A stretch of DNA of 63,597 nucleotides, the filler included, from Octopus bimaculoides (lineage: Eukaryota), in assembly GCF_001194135.2 (NCBI RefSeq). It is 8 parts of 6 records of this genome, joined end to end, with 100 filler letters (N's around TTAATTAATTAA, not from the genome) between each part and the next. Parts side by side here need not be neighbours in the genome. Positions count along the whole stretch, not along the records: positions 48,746 to 54,441 come from NC_068983.1; positions 54,542 to 62,281 come from NC_068984.1; positions 62,382 to 63,597 come from NW_026322025.1; 5 more parts are not named here. One strand, given 5' to 3'. The notes beneath the pieces were generated by a model, which had not been told where the DNA came from, ran no database searches, and worked only from the letters and a program-made list of their open reading frames with translations. The position numbers and the translations under genes were made by a program. This document shows, piece by piece, positions 51,372 through 63,597 of the stretch (position 1 is its first letter; the number at the start of each line of letters is the position of its first letter).

Positions 51372-54005
51372 GAATATTATGGGAATTTACAGCCTATTTT
51401 AACTTTGAGAGATATCTTTGATATAACAATATGCGTGGTTCAAAGCTTTGCTTAGAAATCCAAATTAGAAGATCTGACAGCATCGAAGTGGAGATTGGAA
51501 AGACATAATTTCTGTTCGCTATCGGTAGACAAATTTCAATTCAGTAAACGTAGAGTGACCTGAATCCCGACATCCAGACATACATAAGTGCACACACAGA
51601 CATACAGATTCGCTTTCACTATTCATGAAAATTTATATAAATGCATATTTTCTTAAGAAGAAATTTTAATGTCAGGAACAGTGAGAGCGAAACCGGTCGA
51701 CAAACGCAATACAAGATATAATTACAATCTATATTAATACTATGTAAAGTGTGTGCATTTTCCTTCTTTAATTTCTTATTTAAATTACAACTCATCACGT
51801 GGGGATAATCGAAATTCTTCCCTTTCTGTCATTATATATATATAATGACACTGACATATTACTAATGACACTGACATATTAATCGCTATTATGTATAAAT
51901 CATGGAGTATGACAAGACTAAGAAATATATTTCATTATCATTCTCTAATAACTATAGATTTACAACGATCAATATATCGTAACAGATCTTTCTGCCACAT
52001 AATTTATAAACGCTAGGGTTTAATTCACTAATTATCTAAATCGATAGACACGTTGCGTTGCGTAAGTGCTATAATTGGTCATCTCTTAGGCTCCCAGTTC
52101 ACTGCTTAGGCTGGAGATAGGGATTCGTTGTAGGCTTCCGAGTCAACAGGCACATATTAAAGGAAAGTGGACAACAAAACTAAGGCAAGATGAGTATCTC
52201 AGGTCACTTAGAGTATGTAACTAGAGTTAGGTGAATCAATAACTTCAAACACTGGGCATTCTGCCATTAGAGACAAGATGTGCATGTAGAAAAGTTCCAG
52301 ACAGAGAATGTGCAGAGTATAAACGATTAACACTGTAAATACAAGAACAACGACAGGAGAATACAGCATTTTTTTTCTTTCGCTTTCATTCTTTCTATTT
52401 CCAAAACATATCATCTTGCATAGCGACATTTCGTACAACTTTTCGTCCTTAGTTCAAATGCCGTCGCAGTCTATTTTGTCTTTCATCCTTTTGGAGTTAA
52501 TAAAATAAAACTAGCCAACCATTGTTTTCAATGTAATCAACATATCATTGTCAGGTTTTATGCTTATATTAGACATGAATATTAATCTATCAATATTTTT
52601 TGAGTGTTTATAGTTTGGTTCTTATACATCCAATGTTCCTTTTGTTTAGTTCTGTCCTTATGACATCATAGAATGCTTTAAATTTATAGTCATCGCAGTA
52701 TATTTGATATAAATATAAATCTATCCATGGGTATTGTATAACATCAAGTATATTATAAGGTGATTTTTAATTCAATAAATAATTTGTAGTTAATGTTAAT
52801 GTTAATTCAATTATTGAATACTATAAGTGAAATGAGTGGGGCTATGGTTGGTTTTGCGTTCATTTTCATCGTTCTGTAATAAATATATGGAAACGTGACA
52901 CTTTAATAACGATAACTGTGTAGAAATATTTACAAAAGTGAATAACCTCTAAACGAAAATACGAATACTTCTCCATCACACCCATAATTAATTAGTTTAA
53001 TTATATCACATCAATATATTGATATACGTTGACGAGAAATAATCCTTCACTCATATCAACATCATCCGATTGCACATTTTACCTGAGATTCGACACGTTA
53101 CGGGAGGGTCCCTTCTCAAATTGGATAGTCGAAGCTGTGTATCGTTGGCGCTATGATGTTTAGAATTGCCATATTCGCACACATTAATAAATGATTTATC
53201 TCGTAAACTGAACTGATATTTGTAACTCATTGTAAATTCCTATTTCACGTTTATAACTGAGTTCTTCCATATCTTCTATTGTGAAGAATACGCATTGCTA
53301 TGAATAAGCAATAAATTATAATTCCTGTCACGGAAATTGAAAGCGTTTATAAATTATGTGGCAGAAAGATCTGTTACGATATATTGATCGTTGTAAATCT
53401 ATAGTTATTAGAGAAGGATAATGAAATATATTTCTTAGTCTTGTCATACTCCATGATTTATACATTATAGCGATTAATATGTCAGTGTCATTAGTAAAAT
53501 AGCTTAAATAATCACGCACACATAATCACGCACAAACAAGCCCAGAAATACACACACAGAGATAAACACACGCGCATACATAATTCCAAATGTAAGGATA
53601 CGCGCAGTCATATCTACGTGCCCGTCTGTCGATGTGAGTGTAAAAATAATTAATAAAATAAAGGTTCAAATATATTTAATATATGAAATTAAATGGGATC
53701 TCATATGCGAATTACCGCGTGGAATTGATTCCAAGCCTTGAATATTGATAATATTAATATTCATATTTGATTTGACTCACAGTATTATGTCGAAATATGA
53801 ATAGAGAGTATAATAAATATAATTTGCAATTCTTCAGTTAAACATTGTTCTTTGTATCTTAGGGAAAATACGTAATGTGATATATATATATGTGTGTGTG
53901 TGTGTGTGCGTGTGTGTGTGCGTGTGTGCGTGTGTGTGCGTATGTGTGCGTGTGTGTGTGTATGTCTGTGTGTGTGTATATATACATATATAAATATACG
54001 CCCGT

Positions 54006-54386
54006 GGAGGCGCAATGGCCCAGTGGTTACGGCAGCGGACTTGCGGTCATAGGATCGCAGTTACGATTCCCAGACCGGGCGTTGTGGGTGTTTATTGAGC
54101 GAAAACACCTAAAGCTCCACGAGGATCCGGCAGGGGATGGTCGCGAAACCTGTTGTACTCTTTCACCACAACTTTCTCTCATTCTTACATCCTGTTTCTG
54201 TTGAGCCTGTAATTCAAAGGGTCAGACTTGTCACATTGTGTCACGCAGAATATCCCCGAGAACTACGTTAAGGTTGCGCGTGTATGTTGGATGCTCAGCC
54301 ACTTGCACGCTAATTTCACGAGCAGGCCGTTCCGTTGATCGGATCAACTGGAACCCTCGACGTCGTAAGCGACGGAGTGCCAACAA
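54006..54386 (+). mobile_element. tRNA-derived SINE, family C, full length
   Basis: Head ggaggcgcaatggcccagtggtta...gttacgattccc, tail cgacggagtgccaacaa. It resembles the tRNA-Arg-derived octopus SINEs as I recall them. Confidence 0.92.
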
Positions 54387-54541
54387 GATATACACACACA
54401 TATATATTTATGTATATATACATGTATATATATATATATATNNNNNNNNNNNNNNNNNNNNNNNNNNNNNNNNNNNNNNNNNNNNTTAATTAATTAANNN
54501 NNNNNNNNNNNNNNNNNNNNNNNNNNNNNNNNNNNNNNNNN

Positions 54542-54585
<44 letters not shown>

Positions 54586-55313
54586 TGTGTGTGTATCGTG
54601 AGGTATATTTGCTACCTAAACGTGGCCAACCCTTAAGGGTCGATGCTACTGTAGGTTGTAGCCCCAGGAAGATATCTCCTCCATGTAGCTACCGACACAC
54701 TATCTGTGCCCAATCAGTATTTGCAAATGGAAGTCATCGTACCCATCTCCAGCCTGACGTGATGCGTGAGTTTCGTGCGCGCATCTGCATGTCTATGTAT
54801 AATAAATTCGAGTGTAATGCCTACTGGATTTCTAAAACATTCGTTCTTAGTGATGGTTGAAGTGGGCCACCTCTTTATCTGTTGATTGGCTGGTAAAATA
54901 AACAATTCCAGTTATTCTTGAGTGTGTGTGTGTTTGTGTGTGTGTGAGTATGTGTGTGTGTGTGCGCGTGTAGAGGTAAAGAGAAAGAGAGAGAGAGGGG
55001 GAGAGAATGATTATGTGTTCTTGAAAAGGCTGACTGAATGGGCTCACACATTAGGAAAAAACTTGTTTCTAAAAAATGAAAAGTAACATCCTGATAAAAG
55101 ATTTTATAATATTTTTTTTAAAAAGTAATTNNNNNNNNNNNNNNNNNNNNNNNNNNNNNNNNNNNNNNNNNNNNNNNNNNNNNNNNNNNNNNNNNNNNNN
55201 NNNNNNNNNNNNNNNNNNNNNNNNNNNNNNNNNNNNNNNNNNNNNNNNNNNNNNNNNNNNNNNNNNNNNNNNNNNNNNNNNNNNNNNNNNNNNNNNNNNN
55301 NNNNNNNNNNNNN

Positions 55314-55359
<46 letters not shown>

Positions 55360-56849
55360 GTGTGTAATTTCCTTTATTTGTCACTGTCATGCGACTACAT
55401 CCACGCTTGAGTACTGTCTTTGTATAAAAAGTGGCTAGCGTGGCAAACAGCCACTAAATCCTCATTATAACCTGCTATTTACCGTATGGTAAATATTCCA
55501 TATATTCTATATCTACTCTATGGAATTCTGTTCCTTCTGTTTGTATAATTCAAATCGATAAACGATCATTGCACCGACAGTTAGTTAAGTTGTTGAGCAC
55601 ACTCACACAAGATATAGCTGAACAAAAATAGAGCTGTCTAGGATATGTTTGTGTATGTGTGGTGTGAGCAAAAATGTGTTTGTGTGTGCCTGTGTATCAA
55701 TGTCTGTATTTAAATTGTACTGGAATTCTGTCAATACTTAAAGAACTTCCATTCGGTTATCTATAGCTTATTATACAAATAAATATAATTGTTTTGTGTT
55801 AAATCACATACGTATGTTTGTCGAAATTAGCAGCATTACGGCTGTAAAATATTCTGCTTTCTAATAGGAATAGTAAATAAGCTATTTTCATTCATATCTC
55901 TGTGAATAGTTGAATAATTAATGTTGCTATATAATGATATTTTTGACAGTGATTGTTATTCATATTTCGTAAAAGATTGGCAGATTGCCATATGAAGCTG
56001 AATAGCTCTCAGGGTAAGGGGTTACTTTTGATTTCCTTCCGCATCTCTTTCTCACCCTCTGTATAAATATATATAAACACATATAAATTCACATGTACAT
56101 ATAAGCATTTACATTAAAAAAATCATACAGACACTTATACACACACACACACACGGAAGGAGAGAGAGAGAATTTTGAAGAAATGTAGCAATTGAGAAGT
56201 ATCGAAAGAATGCGCAATGAGATGTTATATTGTATGTCGAAGCCTGTAATAACTTTATCTCGTCAGTCAGTCGGGGAAGTACGAGATACAAACTGCTTGT
56301 GTAGATCATATTACATTGTGTCTCAAGTAATAATTGAGACTCTGTAGATGCTGCTCAACGAGTTTAGTACAGGGAAATTTTAAACGTAACTCAACATTTA
56401 AGAAGATGAAGTGTTATTCTAAGTAGGAAGATGAAATATTATTCTAAAACCAACATGCTATCACCCTACCGACTCCACATATATTTTAATTGTACTAAAG
56501 ACATTTAAATGTGGCGCTGAACCTGATTCTATTTAAGTCTTATCGCTAAAGTTGTGATTGACCTCGTTTTTTCATTCTCCTTGTATCATTTTTCTAATTA
56601 CCCTATATCCTTCCAATACTTTAATAGGGTAAATAATGATAAATTCTTTACTGCATATCTTTGGCTATGATTGTGTTTCGATTGTTATTTATCCATTTCA
56701 TTCAAACCAGTGACTTTTATACATGCCACATACTCATCAATATGAAATGAACAAATCACGTTTTTGTGCTTGTGTTTTTCTGTGTCCTTAGAGCAAGTCT
56801 ATGTACCCTCCCCATTTTGTTACAGTGATCCATGTATCGGCATGCTCTT

Positions 56850-57430
56850 CTTTCTCCATATCATTGTTGTTGTTGGGTTTTTGGAGTAGAATGTTAAAAA
56901 AACGCTTGGTTTTAGGTGGAAGCTCCTTGGAGTCTTTTGTACATACACTTGATCTTGTGGTTTTAGTGTTTGTGGTGTTGGTAGCAGTGGGTGGTTTTAA
57001 GTTATGTTTATGTTATGATAATGTTTCCGAGTGCCATTCCTTCCGATTTGTCTGAGTGTTACTTCTGAGTTTCGTCTGCTGAAATCTAATTGTTTCATTT
57101 TGATGGATGTTAACTGTATAATGTATGTACGGTGTTATATTCTTTGGTGTTGAATTTGTAAAGTAAGTTGTGTTATTTCATTGTGTAAGTTATTTGATAA
57201 GCTATTCGTTAAGTTGAGAGACTGTAGTGATTTCGTTCTGCTATTGATCTAAAAGTGACTTACATAGGATGACTTCTGTGTGTATTAGGAAACTTTTTGA
57301 TTTGATTGTGATGTTATGAACTTTGGCATGTGTTATCGTTTTATAATATTTTGCTATTTTGTTAGCTTCACTTCCTGTTAATTTTTTTCGCTTTCATGCA
57401 ACATATCCTGCTTATCTTAGTCTGCTTATT
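56850..57430 (-). mobile_element. Possible decayed retroelement ORF N-terminal region (Penelope-like?)
   Basis: A-rich coding-like minus strand with fragments QTKISRICC, KTITHAKVH and ILCKSLLDQ*QNEI. No catalytic motif seen. Confidence 0.25.
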
Positions 57431-59536
57431 CAATCTTGCTTATTTACTTTCACAGTTTTACCAATTCCGCATGGGTAATATTTCAATCAGGTGATATCGA
57501 CATTTGTACCAGAATACAGTATTTTTTTTTTACTCCAGTCGTTGATAGGACTGTTTGTCTTCATCTCCTTTTCAGATCCGTTATACTAAGTACTCACATA
57601 CAACATTCGTACGTAAAGAAATTCTCGCGGCAAGAAATCCATAATACTTTTCATACGAACATATGAATTTCACGTTCCTTTTGATGTTAGTATTGCATTT
57701 AAGGTAACTTCAGAAATTTGCGCACATGTTCGCTTGCATGTTCAAAAAATAAAAGACAACGCTCTATAATAGGTTTCCAAAAAGTTTTGTGAGATGATAT
57801 GACTAAATCTCTGTTATTATTACGCAATACAGATCGACATAATAGCATTAAATTACCTAAAGTCATTCATAATTTCTTGATAACATTCCTAAATAAGTAA
57901 ATCAGTATCCTAACAGTAAATAAGTGTCATTAGGAATACTATAGTTTCATCTTGTCTTGAAGATTATAACATAACGTTCACCTTTCAAAATAAAACAAGC
58001 AGCTAACCTGAATATATGGAATAATTGGTAAAATGTTATGACTGCAGAGCGTCGCAAAACTTTGGGTATTGAATCAGTTCAGAGAGTCAGTTCTGTGATT
58101 ACAATATAAATTTTTATATACTTACGTATTAGGATATTTTCCTGCTGTTTATTCCATCAAAACCACACACACACACACATTTTTATTTGTACGGGAGCAT
58201 ATANNNNNNNNNNNNNNNNNNNNNNNNNNNNNNNNNNNNNNNNNNNNNNNNNNNNNNNNNNNNNNNNNNNNNNNNNNNNNNNNNNNNNNNNNNNNNNNNN
58301 NNNNNNNNNNNNNNNNNNNNNNNNNNNNNNNNNNNNNNNNNNNNNNNNNNNNNNNNNNNNNNNNNNNNNNNNNNNNNNNNNNNNNNNNNNNNNNNNNNNN
58401 NNNNNNNNNNNNNNNNNNNNNNNNNNNNNNNNNNNNNNNNNNNNNNNNNNNNNNNNNNNNNNNNNNNNNNNNNNNNNNNNNNNNNNNNNNNNNNNNNNNN
58501 NNNNNNNNNNNNNNNNNNNNNNNNNNNNNNNNNNNNNNNNNNNNNNNNNNNNNNNNNNNNNNNNNNNNNNNNNNNNNNNNNNNNNNNNNNNNNNNNNNNN
58601 NNNNNNNNNNNNNNNNNNNNNNNNNNNNNNNNNNNNNNNNNNNNNNNNNNNNNNNNNNNNNNNNNNNNNNNNNNNNNNNNNNNNNNNNNNNNNNNNNNNN
58701 NNNNNNNNNNNNNNNNNNNNNNNNNNNNNNNNNNNNNNNNNNNNNNNNNNNNNNNNNNNNNNNNNNNNNNNNNNNNNNNNNNNNNNNNNNNNNNNNNNNN
58801 NNNNNNNNNNNNNNNNNNNNNNNNNNNNNNNNNNNNNNNTATATATATATATATATATATATATATGATATATACATATGCATACACACACATATGCATA
58901 CGTACATACTTTAGAAAACGTATAATTGCATTGCATTATTCTACTCCGTACAAGCAGAGATATTTTCCACTTGAAAAGTAATCAATCATCATCAATTCAT
59001 ATGAATGATGTATTTAAGACGTGAGGAATATAGCAAATGGAAAATACATACATGCTACAGACGTTCAGTAAATATATGTAAAACTGATATCGGAAGAGAA
59101 ATAGGTTTACATAGAATCCCGCTTGGTCCTCTCTGTTGTAGTTTTGCTCTCACTATTATAACCGGTAGCGATGGAAGCGAAAGGTGAAACAGAGAAGAAG
59201 TGTTCGGTACTTTATTCAGGACCGAGCAGATTGCTCATCAAATGATATAAATCCAGAAGACGTCAGCCGTAAAGATATGCTTTATTCACACGCCCATTAA
59301 GATTCACAGATATCGTAAACACACAGATGCTTTTCTCTCAGTCTGCCATTTCCTCTCTTTTTCTTTGAAGCATACACGTATTAAGAAATACGTATGAACA
59401 TATATTATATACATACACACAAGAACACACACACACGCACAGAATCTGGCTGCTTGCGTACGTACATGCGTACAAACACACATACACATACATATATATA
59501 TGTATTTATATATATATACAAAAATATATACATATT

Positions 59537-59580
<44 letters not shown>

Positions 59581-59590
59581 NNNNNNNNNN

Positions 59591-59627
<37 letters not shown>

Positions 59628-60929
59628 ATATACACATATATATCACTGTATGTATGCATGCATAACTGAAGAGAAAGGGGGAAGAGATGAAAAGATAAAG
59701 CAAGATTAAGAACAATGTACGGAAGAATGAAGACAGATATTTATGGCACGGCATCTCTCTGTTCATTACAAAGTTCGTTTGATCATGCATCAAAGTTAAC
59801 TTCCCCGATTTAGAATATAGACAGATGTGATGTAAGGTTATTTATAGTAACCCGCAGTTGAAAGATATCGAATGAAATATAAACAACTGAAATGACTACA
59901 GTCTCTTTCACAAATCCCTATGGTAGCTGTATCAGTTGTGGTAATTTCATTGATTTCTAAAGGAATGAACATTATAGTAGACCCCACAAGGAATATCATT
60001 CAATGCTGGTCCTGTTATGCATTCAGTGCGAATGCTAGGATCAGATATGGCGCTGTTGTGTTGATAAATGTTACAAAGAGAGGAATACACAATGAGTCAC
60101 GCAAGTAATTAATTTTTGATGTGTACTAAAATAGGAAATGGTAAATTGATTCAATAAATATGAATTTAATAGATACTCGTCTTTGTTATTGTTTGCTTTA
60201 AGCAAGAAAGCTTAAATTTTACATAAATATATGAAGGTGTATATATAATATTCTCTAGAAATGCATTAGAAATAAGTTCAAATCAGTTCATTTTTTTATT
60301 GATTGAAATTCAAAATACAGTTCAGCTCCCAAAAATAATTTGTAAATAACGCGCTCATAAAAGATAATCACACAAATGTAATATTATGAGTTGAAATTCT
60401 TTGAATACTATTTTTGCAATTAGAAGATAAGAACTCCCTCTAAGTGCAACAGGAGAGTTAACTCGGGTATTATGATTTAGTCCAATTTCTGCTTTGCAAA
60501 TATTCTCAGATTTCCTCATCAAAGCTTATACATAACTGCAGGAGAGGGTTAGAATTAAACCGTATATAGTGGAATAAACAGAAAGTAGCTGTGCTTATTA
60601 TAAACGACAAGAATAAGGTTAAGGAAAAATACAACAAGTGAGCATTCTCTATTAGTGTGAATCCCTTGCTTCTTAAAAAAAAAAGAAAGAAATGTTAACC
60701 CACAATGTTAAGTGAAATTATACTGCAGGTGTAATTAACATTCACAGGAAAACTTTGAGTTATTCTCTTTGTAGCTCATTTGATGTTGCTGATAATGTAA
60801 TCATGTTGGTACGTATATATTTTCTAAATCTTTGGAAAGGTAATTATAAAATTGCTGTAAAAATAGTATGGCATTATTACAAAAAAATATGAAAGGAGTT
60901 TCTTTTACGTTAAAATATATAAAAATGTA

Positions 60930-61070
60930 CGAGGGAGTGCTGAAGTGTTCCTGGATTTAGGTAAAAGAAGATACTGGTGTATCAGTTAATTATGTTTTTA
61001 TTCAACATACTCCTTCTTATATTAACACAATAATTGGAGTAGTCCTTCAACTTTTCTAAGCACTGTAAAG
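60930..61070 (+). mobile_element. mariner-type terminal fragment
   Basis: TA|CGAGGGAGTGCTGAAGTGTTCCTGG...TTTTATTCAACATACTCC. Confidence 0.55.
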
Positions 61071-61089
61071 GAAATCGGAATGTTAGCCT

Positions 61090-61400
61090 TCCAACCAAGG
61101 TCTTCACGTTGCACTTATAGCCAGGATCTTTTCAGGAACTCCTCGTGTGTGCATCTGACACATCTTATCTTTGTCGGTAACACGTTTTCTATGAAGGTAC
61201 AGCATCGCGTTTTTTTCTTTTTGGTCTTCCTCTCCATCTTTCTCCTCCTGGCATTCACTCCATGAGGATGGTAGCACATCTCTTGCACTTTGTCACCATG
61301 CCATGCTACCTTCCAATACCTGCTCTTCTCGTCTCCTATTTGTTTCTCATTCTGACCTGGTAAAAGCGTCTTCTTTTATCTAGCTGTGAAGTATATATAT
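61090..61400 (-). mobile_element. Decayed RTE-type LINE RT C-terminus
   Basis: Remnants WKVAWHGDKVQ...RRKMERKTKKK...REDLGWK resemble the LRWxGHV...GRPK...GDP region. Confidence 0.4.
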
Positions 61401-62664
61401 ATTGTTTTTTGTACACTGTACGTCTCCAATTCAAAGAACAATTTTACCCTGATACATATATGTCCTGAACAGATAAAGCAAAAGACTTGAAATAAGGCAA
61501 ACGTGATGCAGCTTCTAGAGCGGTACTGTAGAATAAGACAGCTTTAGGTCGCAAATCTCGAGCCATTGAAAAACAGAATCTCCTTAATATTTGTTTCCAG
61601 AAGACAAAGATGCAACAACAAAAAGAAAACAATCTCATTCTCTCGGTCTTATCTGGGTGTAACAACTTGGAACAAGTAGAAGAGGTGACAATTCAACAGT
61701 AACAACAATCACAGCAGTAACCCATGTACAAGGAAACTCTGAGCAGCACCAGTAGTATATCACTCCGTCTACTAGTGGGAATGCTGACCGGACTGAAGCT
61801 AAGGAAAAAGAGAAGTCAGTTGCAAAATGTGACGATACGACTAAATCAGAATTGAAGTGATAGAGAATAGTTTCCATAGATGTACTGAAAACAAAGAAAG
61901 TTCCCAGAAAAAGTCAAATGTGCGAAAGACGTTGTCGTTAATTTGGTCAGTGGGGATGACATTAAAATTCTATGAGAAATAAGAAACAGTGATCTACAAT
62001 ATGCTGTAAAACGGAATGTTATAAATTAACAACTACTTGGGAATTGCTAACAACTAGAATAGACTCTTAACATAAATGGCATGGCAAATTGAATTCTATC
62101 CATCCGTTAGTTAGGACTCCATTGATTCTGAGGTCACAAAAACCGAATGAGAAAAAGGATGCTTTGGAAAGTCAATTCCTGAAATACGTCATGCAAAATG
62201 TTCAAGGATATTCTTGAAAGATACATATAAAATAACTTGGAAATAAAATTAACGTAAGTATTTGGACTGAAACCATATATANNNNNNNNNNNNNNNNNNN
62301 NNNNNNNNNNNNNNNNNNNNNNNNNTTAATTAATTAANNNNNNNNNNNNNNNNNNNNNNNNNNNNNNNNNNNNNNNNNNNNAAAAGAGTAACCAAATTTA
62401 AAAACGAAATTGTATAATATATTTATTGATCAAGCCATATCCAGCCGAAATAATTTACCTGTTTTATGTTCAAACTGGCCAGATCTAGCCTCTCACACCA
62501 ACCCTATAATGTCTTTCTAAAAATATACAGCCACATCGTTGAAACCTCAAAGCTATGAGATAAAGCATGATTAATTGAAAAGAAATTGAATGAATTGGCG
62601 TTACAATTTACAAAGTAATCATCTGATACTAAACGGTTGACTTGTTTTTCTTTGTTCATGCCAG

Positions 62665-62927
62665 ATGATGGTACAGTGGGTGATTCTGAAAATATAAACC
62701 AATTAAGCAACAGTAACAACAGCAACAACTGTAGCAACAACAGAAATATTGCAGTGTTGCATACAGAGGATAATTCAGTCCCATTATCAACAGTTTCTGT
62801 TGCAAACAGCCGGACAACAACTAACAATCAATACCAAGCTCTATCTCTACAGGACAACTCAAGCAAAGACAAACATTCAGCCAACCATGGCAGTGTCAAT
62901 CACAATCAATCAATGATTTATATTTAG
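62665..62927 (+). CDS. Candidate terminal coding exon (Ser/Asn-rich tail with YQAL motif)
   Basis: Acceptor gacttgtttttctttgttcatgccag|. Phase 1 frame reads DGTVGDSENINQLSNS...NNQYQALSLQDNSSKDKHSANHGSVNHNQSMIYI*, open for 86 codons in AT-rich DNA. Confidence 0.5.
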
Positions 62928-63089
62928 ATATATATATATATATAACTAAATACACTAATGAACTAATGATTGGCGTTCTAACAATCACTATATGCAGCAA
63001 ACTGCATAACTTACATTCATGATGGATGTTGACTAATTAATGAGTAAGATCATGGTTAATTAACAAGCTGAACAGTGTAAAATGACTTA

Positions 63090-63330
63090 TTTTAATCCAG
63101 TGGATGATCTGCAGCTTGAATTATGATAACCAGATAAATGTCTCCTTTCAGTTAAATGCCATGCAGAATCATGTCTTTTCAGGTTGTGAACAGAAAGATA
63201 ATTTTTAGTACATGTTTGGCAGATAAATGTTCTGTCAGGTGATGAAAGTTTATTATTAGCTTGCTTTGGTTCATTTAACCTTGGGTGGTTAATGAGACCA
63301 GCCTTAATTATACAAACATTCATGCAAAAA
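63090..63330 (-). mobile_element. LINE 3' zinc-finger remnant (same type as 28250-28810)
   Basis: Reads IKAGLINH...FICQTCTKNYLSVHNLKRH...CRSSTGLK. Confidence 0.5.
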
Positions 63331-63597
63331 TCTAATACAAACCATGCTGGGAAATGTATGCATAACATACATACATAAATATTTATTTATGTATGTATTA
63401 GTACCAAATATGAGTAATAATAGTACCAAAAAGCAATCATTATATCCAACTTAAAGTGGATGTCTTAAGAGGTCCTCTCATATAGATGCATGGTGCATAA
63501 AAGTAGTATACTGAAATGATATGATCTGGTAGTTCCAGCACCCATACCAGAACATTATTTTTCTTTGTGGTTGGGTCGTTGATGACCTCTTTCTAGC

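Noticed and set aside
56801-57055. Hydrophobic + strand ORF as a transmembrane exon
   Set aside because: Hydrophobicity is explained by being antisense to an A/C-rich decayed retroelement-like sequence.
59950-60060. Minus-strand tail-like peptide AISDPSIRTECITGPALNDIPCGVYYNVHSFRNQ*
   Set aside because: Short, the opposite strand is equally open, and there is no homology or upstream exon.
61600-61860. Exon-like stretch after the ttccag acceptor
   Set aside because: Stops occur in all three frames within about 35 codons.

Overview
Repeat-saturated, gappy, AT-rich animal genomic DNA. The SINE families, RTE/Penelope content and microsatellite load match what I recall of octopus (coleoid cephalopod) assemblies; this is recall, not a search. 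Most ORFs in the supplied track are microsatellite or N-run artefacts. The only host coding signal I can identify to a family is a + strand exon at 46507-46679 encoding the C-terminal half of an SRCR (scavenger receptor cysteine-rich) domain. Weaker candidate exons are a duplicated 51-nt cassette (41486 and 42040), 48969-49078, and a Ser/Asn-rich terminal exon at 62665-62927. The rest is decayed mobile DNA: three tRNA-derived SINE families, RTE LINE fragments, Penelope-like elements, a Gypsy gag-protease relic, Tc1/mariner, a hAT-like MITE and a Sola2-like TIR element. Most notable are a tRNA-headed SINE-like element ending in a decayed Penelope-type minimal hammerhead ribozyme, three more hammerhead relics, a tRNA-like cloverleaf on an extended stem, several fold-back palindromes, and a Gypsy/Penelope junction bridged by an inverted 100-bp copy of nearby sequence. 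Boundaries of decayed elements are approximate. No bacterial-type systems (CRISPR, operons) are present.
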